DNA of 30,467 nt from a virus: IMG/VR virus record IMGVR_UViG_3300050506_000125; one strand, given 5' to 3'. Numbering within the stretch: the first letter of the stretch is position 1; each line of letters starts with the position of its first letter. Of the stretch, positions 22,706 to 30,390 are shown piece by piece. A program made the translations under genes and the position numbers. A model generated the notes under the pieces. That model was not told where the DNA came from. It saw only the letters and a list, made by a program, of their open reading frames with translations, and made no database searches.

Positions 22706-22866
22706 ATCTAAAATGTCTTTTTGGAACACATGATTATCGTATTCAATATTTAGACTATAATGAAAATGCAAAACGTACATATCAGATAATCTGCCAAAGA
22801 TGTGATAAAATCCTGAATATGACTAATATGACTTCATTAAAGGAATACACTAGGAGACAAAGGTAA
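22702..22866 (+). CDS. Mini-ORF with CxxC (54 aa)
   Basis: ATGA coupling. Sequence: MNLKCLFGTHDYRIQYLDYNENAKRTYQIICQRCDKILNMTNMTSLKEYTRRQR. Confidence 0.4.
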   Translation: MNLKCLFGTHDYRIQYLDYNENAKRTYQIICQRCDKILNMTNMTSLKEYTRRQR

Positions 22867-22872
22867 TTAGAA

Positions 22873-23010
22873 ATGCCTTGTATTCATTGTGGATGTAATC
22901 GAGAATGGCATGAGTATCAAAGAGATGGTGGTTCACATAGTGGAGATTGTACGAATCCAGATTGTAAAGCAGGTGAGCATTTTTATGATTCGGGGAGAAA
23001 AATTAGATGA
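22873..23010 (+). CDS. Cys/His mini-protein (45 aa)
   Basis: Sequence: MPCIHCGCNREWHEYQRDGGSHSGDCTNPDCKAGEHFYDSGRKIR. The stop overlaps the next ATG as ATGA. Confidence 0.4.
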   Translation: MPCIHCGCNREWHEYQRDGGSHSGDCTNPDCKAGEHFYDSGRKIR

Positions 23011-23216
23011 TCTTATACGGTGGAAGGAAATATGAAACGAATAAAAGTATACTAAAACGTTATCAGAAAAGTAAGTACGTTAAGATCCTAACTACATTTG
23101 AAAAAGGTTTCAATGATGAGAATTTCAGAGAGGGTGAATGTCAATTATGTGGTGGTATCTTTAAACTCGCTGGAATAGGTGGACATCTTCATTACAAACA
23201 TGGAGTAAAAAGGTAA
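23007..23216 (+). CDS. C2H2-like zinc-finger protein (69 aa)
   Basis: Track ORF. CQLC-x11-H-x-H-x2-H. Confidence 0.55.
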   Translation: MILYGGRKYETNKSILKRYQKSKYVKILTTFEKGFNDENFREGECQLCGGIFKLAGIGGHLHYKHGVKR

Positions 23217-23441
23217 TTGAGAGAATTTGCTACTGCTTGTTATACATGTACTAATGTAAAAACTGGTGCTGTTCCTATAGTCTTTACCACAATGAAAAAG
23301 AATGAGACCAAAATCAAGATACAAGGAGATTTTTATGATAAGCATATAGCCAAAAATCATCAAGTAAAAACAGTAGAGATTTCTTCAATCACTCAAGCAA
23401 AGAAAAAACCTAAAGTCTCGATTACTAAAGAGAGGGCGTGA
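23217..23441 (+). CDS. Hypothetical basic protein (74 aa)
   Basis: Track ORF with a TTG start directly after the upstream TAA. CYTC...H....H. Confidence 0.45.
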   Translation: MREFATACYTCTNVKTGAVPIVFTTMKKNETKIKIQGDFYDKHIAKNHQVKTVEISSITQAKKKPKVSITKERA

Positions 23442-23442
23442 C

Positions 23443-23544
23443 GTGAAGCTTTGTATGTGTAAGATCCATATGTTTCATCAATCCTGTAAACCAGAATGTA
23501 ATTGTATGAAAGAAGTAACTGCTAGCTTTTCAATTATAAAATAA
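23443..23544 (+). CDS. Possible Cys-rich mini-ORF (33 aa, GTG start)
   Basis: Sequence: KLCMCKIHMFHQSCKPECNCMKEVTASFSIIK. Weak: non-ATG start and no clear SD. Confidence 0.2.
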   Translation: MKLCMCKIHMFHQSCKPECNCMKEVTASFSIIK

Positions 23545-23554
23545 AAAGAATTGA

Positions 23555-23587
23555 CGATCTAGATATGGGGTTGGTATAACTAGATCG
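23555..23587. terminator. Stem-loop at the convergence point of the two transcription directions
   Basis: CGATCTAG (23555-62) pairs with CTAGATCG (23580-87), and 3-4 further pairs follow an A.A mismatch. On the - strand it is followed directly by TTCTTTTTATTTT. Confidence 0.45.
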
Positions 23588-23682
23588 CCAACACTACATT
23601 TTCCTGGAAGGCTTGTCAACCATTCAGTTGTTTAATAATTGATTTGGTACTTATTAAATATTATTGTGTAAGGTTCTGGTAA

Positions 23683-23997
23683 CTAACAATTAAGCAAATG
23701 TAATATTTGTGTTATTATACTAGGTGTTATCCCTGCATTGTTTAGAATCGACCTTTCACTAAAACAAACTACTATTGGTGCAGAGCAATGATGATATTTA
23801 TCTATATTACAAACTACTGGTGGTGGAGATGTTACACCGTGTGGTACTACTTTTTTGTGGCAAAAAGTTAAACCACCAAAATAACTACATGGATTCCACC
23901 CAACACGACCTCCTGCATAGGCTTGTTGGGATGTTGCACTAAAGAAAACTATGCTTGAAATAGAGGCTATAATTAAAACAGCTACCAATTTATTCAT
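23683..23997 (-). CDS. Secreted Cys-rich protein (104 aa)
   Basis: Track ORF. Signal peptide MNKLVAVLIIASISSIVFFSATSQQAYA. 8 Cys in the mature part. Last gene of the structural operon. Confidence 0.6.
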   Translation of the reverse strand: MNKLVAVLIIASISSIVFFSATSQQAYAGGRVGWNPCSYFGGLTFCHKKVVPHGVTSPPPVVCNIDKYHHCSAPIVVCFSERSILNNAGITPSIITQILHLLNC

Positions 23998-24055
23998 GTT
24001 ATTTTAAGGTATCATATCTTAATAAGCATTATCATGTTATTTTTAGAAATTACAA

Positions 24056-27000
24056 CTATCCTTTATTCTTTAATAGAATTTCAGGCACGCTTGAAGTGCT
24101 TAGTGTGGCATTTGTATAAAATGGACTAGGTAAAGCAGTTGGTGAACTTGTACCCATTGTATGTGAAGTTGTGTACATTGTATTACCGTTTGTTGCGCCC
24201 ATTGTATTTATCATTCCTAGATATGGAGCTAATGAAGAAGCTGGTATTGCTCTAAATACTGGTAGAGATGACACAGCGGGCGGATTTAATTCAATTAAAA
24301 CATCTGCGGTATTTTGTCTATTGGCAGCTGGTAAAGCCCAATTCCAAGTCATTTTATTAGCTGAATTTATTATTGGATTTGTTTTATATTGTGAAGCACC
24401 AGCTACTTGATTAGCGCCTGTTATACTATTCCAAGCCTGTGTATTTGATGGAGCTTGTGGTATTGCTTCATTAAGTCCGCCCGCTGTATCTATACCAAAT
24501 ATGTTTTCAATCAACCATGCATTAGTATGTGTTGGCGTTCCAGAAATTGAACTTGTTCTGGTTGTTGTACCATTACTAGATGTAATACCTATTGGTGTTG
24601 TTTGATGTACATTGTATAACGAATAACCACCAGTTATCATATAATATGATGCTGTAGTTACTGGTGTTATAGTTACGGTTTGTAATCCTGTTGGTGGATT
24701 TACTAGATACCATATCTCACTATCCAAAGCAAAGTTAGCTGTGGCATTATTTCTAGTAAAGTTTACAGCTTTAGTAAAAGATGTACCGCCTATTGCTACA
24801 CTAGATATAACAGCATTGTTAGTATTTGGTGTACTAGCTCCTTTTCCATAAGATATAGGAACAACCAATATACGATTTGTATTACTTCCTATTGTTATTG
24901 TAAATGTTTGTGTCGCACTTGTTGAAGCTCCGGCTGTTGTAGATGATGTAATAACATCGGTTGTTATTGTATTTACTACGGTTCCAGCATTACAATCTAA
25001 TGCGTTAAAATATCTTCCTTCCGGTAAATGTATATCACTTGTAAAGTTATTTATTATTGTTCTAGTAGTCCGTGTCTGTGTTGTTAATGCACCAACATCT
25101 GAACCAGAAATTTTATTGTATGGATATCCATTATAATCAGAATATAATGCCATTCTACAATTAGAAGCCGATCCAGCTGTTGTTACTTCCGATTGTATGG
25201 TACTTAGAGAAGTGGTACGATCTAATTTGAACGGAATGGCGTAAAGTGTATTATTTGTTACAGCTAATGTAGTTGGTGTACCTTGATTATTCCATGAACC
25301 ATAATAACTATTAACTGTATTTTTTAATGAATTGATTGCTATACTAGATTGTATAGGAGTTTTCTTAAACCATGTTGTACCGTTGTTATCAATTAATAAA
25401 GTATCCATAGGATTTGTCATGTTTAAATTGGTAAAGTAATCTATGGTTGAGCTTGTTGGAACTATCTCAATATAATTATTAGAATAATCAATCTTCTTTA
25501 TCATTAGTTCTTTTCCCGTACTCATTGTTGCTATAGTAGGAATAGTAATAGTATAGTTACCTCCTGTTGCATTTACTAATATAATATCATCTGTAGATGC
25601 AACAGTATAAGAATTAGTTTTACTTACTGCATTAAGTAACATTTTATTACATGTAGAATCTGAACTGTTTGATATTGCTGATATAAATTGATTGTTTGTA
25701 CAAGCCTTTGTATTAATTTTAAACTGGAAGCTAGGTGTAATTGATGTTGTATTATGATTCCATAATACATAAGCTGTTGAATTACGTAATGATTTTAATT
25801 TTGTTTCTGTTGCATTAAATTGTGAACTAATTAAACTTACTCCATTGTCTGCGCTTACTACTTGAGCTGTATTAGTGGGTGTTGCACATGTATAAATTCC
25901 AGTTGAATTTGTAAATGCAGAAATGAATTGATTCGTACATGCAATAGTATTAGATTTGAAACTAGAAGCTAGATTAACATTATTAGAAGATTGAGTTATT
26001 GTAAATAGATCAGATCTTGAAGTAGTTAAGTTTCTTAGATTAATATTATTATTTGTACTGTTCTTGAAGAAACCAAAACCAGAAGTACCGATATTAGATC
26101 CACCAGTGATTGTTCCAGTTGTACTAGAACATGTTGGACATGATATAGCTATATCTGTATCATTTGTTTTTGTAACTACAATAGGACTAGTACCTGTCAT
26201 GTTTCTGCCTTTGATTAACGTAGTTGTAGGTGTTGATAATACACCAACTGAACCAGTAGCTTTACCAGCGTTTGCACTTCCTGTTATAGTTCCTGTTGTA
26301 GTTGAACAAGTAGGGCAAGAAACATTTACTTGACCAGTTGATGCGTTAACTACAACTGGTGATGTTGCAGCTAATTTTGTCACACCCGTATTAGTTACTA
26401 AAATATTTCCTGATGTTTGATTTACCGATATTCCAGTACCAGCAATTAATTTTGTTACAATACTTGGAATATTAAATATAACATTGGTGGAGTTTGTTGT
26501 TATACTTAGAAAGGAATTTGATGATATTAGTTTTAAGAATTGCAATATTGATCCACTCATTGAAGCAAAGACACCAGAACCACTTGTACCTAAATTAGAA
26601 CCCGTATTGTTTTGCCAACCAGCTGCGTTTATGGTTATAGTATTACCAGCTGCGGTTATGGAATTGATGTTTGTTCCTTTGGCTATTGTTAAAGCACCTG
26701 TCAAACTATTTAATGATGTTACACCAGAACCAGATCCAGTTTGATTTAACAATGCACAAGCTAGAATATTTGTCGTTGCGTTATAAGAAACAAATCCAAA
26801 GTTAGCAGGACAATAAGTAGTTGGTAATCCTGATGATGGATTAGGAGCTGTTAGATATATTGTTTGAGAACTGTTAGAACCTGTTACACCTAAACCATTC
26901 TTTCCTACTATATTAACAGAAGCAATAAAGTTCTTTGCTGAAATGGTAGCATTGCTTACATTAAATTGATTGTACGCATTTGTTGGTGGTATGTTAACGG

Positions 27001-27094
27001 TTGGTGGTTGAATTGCGAATTGTGCGTTAGCTGATGAAATGTAGATAGATGATATAAAAACTATTAGGATTAGAAGGTAAGTTCTTCTTATCAT
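24056..27094 (-). CDS. Large secreted S/T/N-rich adhesin-like / terminal-fibre candidate (1012 aa)
   Basis: Track ORF. Signal peptide MIRRTYLLILIVFISSIYISSANA. Internal repeats (..SCPTCS[TS]TTGTITG.. twice; ..ACTN(N)QFISA.. twice). Very many NxS/T sequons. No C-terminal TM helix. Confidence 0.8.
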   Translation of the reverse strand: MIRRTYLLILIVFISSIYISSANAQFAIQPPTVNIPPTNAYNQFNVSNATISAKNFIASVNIVGKNGLGVTGSNSSQTIYLTAPNPSSGLPTTYCPANFGFVSYNATTNILACALLNQTGSGSGVTSLNSLTGALTIAKGTNINSITAAGNTITINAAGWQNNTGSNLGTSGSGVFASMSGSILQFLKLISSNSFLSITTNSTNVIFNIPSIVTKLIAGTGISVNQTSGNILVTNTGVTKLAATSPVVVNASTGQVNVSCPTCSTTTGTITGSANAGKATGSVGVLSTPTTTLIKGRNMTGTSPIVVTKTNDTDIAISCPTCSSTTGTITGGSNIGTSGFGFFKNSTNNNINLRNLTTSRSDLFTITQSSNNVNLASSFKSNTIACTNQFISAFTNSTGIYTCATPTNTAQVVSADNGVSLISSQFNATETKLKSLRNSTAYVLWNHNTTSITPSFQFKINTKACTNNQFISAISNSSDSTCNKMLLNAVSKTNSYTVASTDDIILVNATGGNYTITIPTIATMSTGKELMIKKIDYSNNYIEIVPTSSTIDYFTNLNMTNPMDTLLIDNNGTTWFKKTPIQSSIAINSLKNTVNSYYGSWNNQGTPTTLAVTNNTLYAIPFKLDRTTSLSTIQSEVTTAGSASNCRMALYSDYNGYPYNKISGSDVGALTTQTRTTRTIINNFTSDIHLPEGRYFNALDCNAGTVVNTITTDVITSSTTAGASTSATQTFTITIGSNTNRILVVPISYGKGASTPNTNNAVISSVAIGGTSFTKAVNFTRNNATANFALDSEIWYLVNPPTGLQTVTITPVTTASYYMITGGYSLYNVHQTTPIGITSSNGTTTRTSSISGTPTHTNAWLIENIFGIDTAGGLNEAIPQAPSNTQAWNSITGANQVAGASQYKTNPIINSANKMTWNWALPAANRQNTADVLIELNPPAVSSLPVFRAIPASSLAPYLGMINTMGATNGNTMYTTSHTMGTSSPTALPSPFYTNATLSTSSVPEILLKNKG

Positions 27095-27501
27095 TCGACT
27101 TCATTATCTTCCCTTACGCCCTGAGCTGGTGCTTTTGTTAACAGGTTCAAGATTTGTTTTATCATATAGAATATTAGAGTAATAGCTAACAACCAATGGA
27201 ACATTGACCATACTGGATTTTGAAGTATGATAGTATTTGATTGTGTCGTAGCTTCTGTCCATGTTTGTGTAGTGTTTATGGATTTGATTAAGTTGTTTGT
27301 TGTTACTGTATTTACATCTATGTTTATTCCAGAGCTTGCAAGAATCATTAATGCTATGATACCGGGAAATAAATAAATTACTCTAACTAAAGATAAGACT
27401 CTACTATCTGGAATTTCTTTAACAGCTGAAACAATTAGAACAGCGAAAGAAGAATATCCAATTAAAGCGTACACAATATATTCAAGAATAGAAATTTCCA
27501 T
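27091..27501 (-). CDS. Membrane protein (136 aa, about 3 TM)
   Basis: Track ORF. 4-nt overlap with the adhesin gene. Confidence 0.6.
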   Translation of the reverse strand: MEISILEYIVYALIGYSSFAVLIVSAVKEIPDSRVLSLVRVIYLFPGIIALMILASSGINIDVNTVTTNNLIKSINTTQTWTEATTQSNTIILQNPVWSMFHWLLAITLIFYMIKQILNLLTKAPAQGVREDNEVE

Positions 27502-27504
27502 AAA

Positions 27505-27921
27505 CTAAATGCCACGCACCAATCCCATTATGGAACGACCTAAAAAGAAAGTGTATAATGCCATGAATCCCATTATGAAAATTATTGGTACTTGCATATC
27601 ATTCATTATACCAAATATGTAAAATCCAGATATTAATAAAATCATATCCCAAGCTATTATAGCAGCTGATCCTAAATATGTCGCAGGGTTTTGTATCTGA
27701 CTAATCCAAGAAGAAGTCTGGTTAGTAAATGCTTGTTGTTCTTGGTTTAGTGTTGCTGTCTGTATATTAGAAAATATATCTGTCTTAATTGGTACACCAG
27801 AGAAATTAGTTAGTTGAATGTGCATCACATCACCAAAGATAAATTGTCCACCTAACATTGAAATATTTACACAGTACACGAAAATTACTGCTAATAAACT
27901 TTTCTCAATTACAAAGACCAA
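27505..27921 (-). CDS. Membrane protein (138 aa, about 4 TM)
   Basis: Track ORF. TTG start behind AGGGTGAT. Confidence 0.6.
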   Translation of the reverse strand: MVFVIEKSLLAVIFVYCVNISMLGGQFIFGDVMHIQLTNFSGVPIKTDIFSNIQTATLNQEQQAFTNQTSSWISQIQNPATYLGSAAIIAWDMILLISGFYIFGIMNDMQVPIIFIMGFMALYTFFLGRSIMGLVRGI

Positions 27922-27935
27922 GCTAATTTATCACC

Positions 27936-29344
27936 CTAACCAAAATCCTGTGATTTGCGTGTCGAGAGATATATGAGCATTGTTATCACGATCAAAGCTC
28001 CTATGATTGCTGTATTTATTGTTATGATTTGTATCAGTCCTTCTATGCCTAATATTGCTAGTGCAAAGAAAGCACCCACTGATTCATTCTTTCTATTGAA
28101 TCCTATCATGGCTATTATTATTCCCACTAGTGAAATTAAATCAAATACTCCAAATTGTCCATGTGTTCCAAATGTTCCGTTTCTAAAACCTGATACCTGA
28201 GTTTGTAAAGGAAAACCAGTTTGAGTTAAAATGTATTTGCCTGTTGAAGATGATATAGTATCAAGACAAGATACAGTTATTATTTCATTGTTTACTTTAT
28301 GGAATATGAAGCTAGAGTTTACATGATTTGGATCTGGTGTATAAGGAACATTAGGTAATGGAGCTCCATAGGTTTTGTTTGTGAAGGCATATGTATAAGC
28401 TAGGTTACATTGCAGATTCATTGTATTAGGATATATCACTGACAATCTTTTATCACTTGCGTTTATCTGTGTTGTTATGAAATAGATAGGAAGCACGTTT
28501 GTATTGGTTTGATTAAAGTTTAACGAACCCGGTCTAAATGAATTAAATATTAAATTAAACGGTGTAGATGTTATTACACTTACTTGCGTTGGTGTTGATA
28601 CAATAGCTTCTTCTGTATAGGTAATAGTTCCAACTGGATTTGATATGTCACGTAAAGTAATTGGAATAGTAAGTTGTGTACCAGCTACCAAAGGGAAAGG
28701 TGGATTAAATATTATAGAGTCTTGTAAACCATTTTGATTAAATAAAAGTAATGCAGTAAGATTAGAATTAACAGGACTGGATAAAGTTATGTTTGAATTA
28801 GAAAATACACCAGCTCCACTTAGAATAATTCCTTTTATTGTAAAGCTAGATGATGTAATAGAACCAGCTACCCATGATATGAATATGGTATGATGTGTAC
28901 CCGGACTGATTTGAGTCATGGTATTACCACCAGTATATGACCATGTAGATCCATATGGTTGTATAACTCCATCTAGCTTAACCTGTTGGATTAATCCTAG
29001 AATAGTAAATGTTGGATTAACTGGATTGTTTGTTATTTTGAATGTAGCGTTTACACCTTCATGGAAAGATGTAATGTTAGCGTTTACTGTATTTCCAATC
29101 CATACAATATCATATGATGGTGAACCAAGAAATATATGATTAGTGTTTGTTGTTATGGAACTAACAGTAAAGAATGGATGTACATCAGCTGTATAATTTG
29201 AATAAGGATGAGGTGCGCTGTTTTGTATTTGAGTACCGGGATAAACATCTACTGCATAAGCATCATGGATATAAAATATGGATAGTACAGAAATTCCTAA
29301 CAGGACGAGTAAATAGAACTCGTTTTTTTTTTATTCCGTTCCAT
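27936..29344 (-). CDS. Structural glycoprotein with signal peptide and 2-3 C-terminal TM helices; about 469 aa only if an A10 run is read with a -1 shift (or is really A11)
   Basis: The track ORF (327 aa) starts at ATG 28919, but the same frame is open for 137 more codons up to 29330. That stretch encodes KKNEFYLLVLLGISVLSIFYIHDAYA|VD, a signal peptide with no start codon. The only ATG (29344-29342, TAATG with the upstream stop) reads MERNKKK into the A10 run (T10 at 29323-29332), then TSSIYSSC* in the other frame. Confidence 0.6.
29323..29332 (-). other. A10 (T10 on + strand) homopolymer at the frame junction of the glycoprotein gene
   Basis: Counted as cg-tttttttttt-att on the + strand. 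It contains the A_AAA_AAC-type slippery pattern in the ATG frame. Confidence 0.9.
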
Positions 29345-29955
29345 TATGATCCCTGATAGATTATTAGTCTGTCAATTATTCCAGTAGTATCTAAACCAAA
29401 TATTCCTATATATTTTCCATCACTTGATATAGATACACCTTCATTGGATAAGTTTGTACCATCATTAAACTGTGATGTGTTAATGAATAGAGTTTGTAAT
29501 ACCGCATCATTCTTTGATACTGTTATTTTCTTTGTAGAATCATTGTAAGCTATTTTATATTTCCCCCCGAATGATTGATCATTTTGTGGAGTATTCTCGA
29601 CTACTGCACCAGAATTAGAAAATGAATTAATTACTTGTTGTGTACTGTTTATCATATAACCCTGTACAAAAGTATCTGAAACTAAGACTGATTTGTCATT
29701 ACCAATTTGAAACTTATTTATAAAATGAATATTAGTTGTTGCTATTGTATTATTAAAAACTAAAGCATAAGAATTAAAACTACCAGCACCACCACAACCT
29801 GAACAAGTTCCTGTTACTGTAAGATTAGTTGTTGTAATTCCAGTATCAGTTATTATGGTACTAGCTGCATAAGCTGAACTGGAAATAGCACCAGCAAGAA
29901 TAATTAATATGATTGAGGTTTTAGGATGTGATGATATAAAAGAAAGTCTTTTCAT
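29344..29955 (-). CDS. Secreted protein (203 aa)
   Basis: Track ORF. Signal peptide MKRLSFISSHPKTSIILIILAGAISSSAYA. T/N/S-rich with several sequons and a CSGC pair. Confidence 0.65.
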   Translation of the reverse strand: MKRLSFISSHPKTSIILIILAGAISSSAYAASTIITDTGITTTNLTVTGTCSGCGGAGSFNSYALVFNNTIATTNIHFINKFQIGNDKSVLVSDTFVQGYMINSTQQVINSFSNSGAVVENTPQNDQSFGGKYKIAYNDSTKKITVSKNDAVLQTLFINTSQFNDGTNLSNEGVSISSDGKYIGIFGLDTTGIIDRLIIYQGS

Positions 29956-29995
29956 GGTATCATTTCTCTATAACAATAATTAATAAAGTTTATGC

Positions 29996-30265
29996 CTAGT
30001 CACTTCCTTTAACCGAAGCTGCCATAAGCACTTTCAAGACTAGTAGAAAAACTCCAATACTAGGAATTAACGGTACTAGAAATTTAGTAGTGTTTTCATT
30101 TTGTGTATAAATTGCTTGCCAACTAGATGACATGGTACTGGTAAGATTGTATGAATCAAGTACAGTAAAGAAGTGTCCTAGTATTTGCGGAACAAGTAGA
30201 AATACAATTCCGTATGTTATTATGAATACGATTGTAGAAAGTCCAAGAAATACAAGACTACTCAA
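29996..30265 (-). CDS. Second VP1/VP3-like two-helix hydrophobic protein (89 aa); minor capsid candidate
   Basis: Track ORF. TTG start behind GGGGTGA. It has the same architecture as the 298-579 product. It carries 'PQILGH' after helix 1 (versus 'VQILGN'), sequons in the loop (NLT, NTT), and 'FLVPLIPSIGVFLLVL' in helix 2. Confidence 0.5.
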   Translation of the reverse strand: MSSLVFLGLSTIVFIITYGIVFLLVPQILGHFFTVLDSYNLTSTMSSSWQAIYTQNENTTKFLVPLIPSIGVFLLVLKVLMAASVKGSD

Positions 30266-30390
30266 TCTTTCACCCCTAAGGCTTCATACTTGGAATTATC
30301 TGATTCTTTAGTATCATCTGATAGCTTCTTTGTAGTTTTTATAATGGCACTAGCTACCGCTACATCCACCAACAAATCAAAGATACTCAT
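30262..30390 (-). CDS. Mini-ORF (42 aa)
   Basis: Sequence: MSIFDLLVDVAVASAIIKTTKKLSDDTKESDNSKYEALGVKD. ATGA overlap upstream and TTGA overlap downstream. Part of it lies in the terminal repeat (same as 1-50). Confidence 0.35.
   Translation of the reverse strand: MSIFDLLVDVAVASAIIKTTKKLSDDTKESDNSKYEALGVKD

Larger units (their letters stand above)
1..30340. mobile_element. Complete circular dsDNA genome of a putative temperate, fusellovirus-like (spindle-shaped) archaeal virus; unit length 30,340 bp
   Basis: 1-127 is identical to 30341-30467. Content: integrase, VP1-like two-helix proteins, signal-peptide/TM glycoprotein block, many zinc-finger mini-proteins, TATA-box/leaderless starts. No tailed-phage hallmark genes recognised. 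Confidence 0.6.

Noticed and set aside
3459-23575. Recurrent GGTTGGT motif in several intergenic regions (about 3461, 3828, 3866 rc, 13886, 23568) as a possible shared binding site
   Set aside because: The same heptamer also occurs inside coding regions (for example about 3055, 7080, 22117). Flanks are not conserved, and I cannot compute enrichment. Apart from the local pairing noted at 3828-3873, it looks like chance.
28918-29356. Plus-strand ORFs 28918-29139 and 29174-29356 filling the apparent gap upstream of the 327-aa gene
   Set aside because: The minus strand is open across the whole interval in the frame of the downstream gene, and it encodes a signal peptide and sequon-rich ectodomain. 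The gap is an artefact of the frame break at the A10 run.
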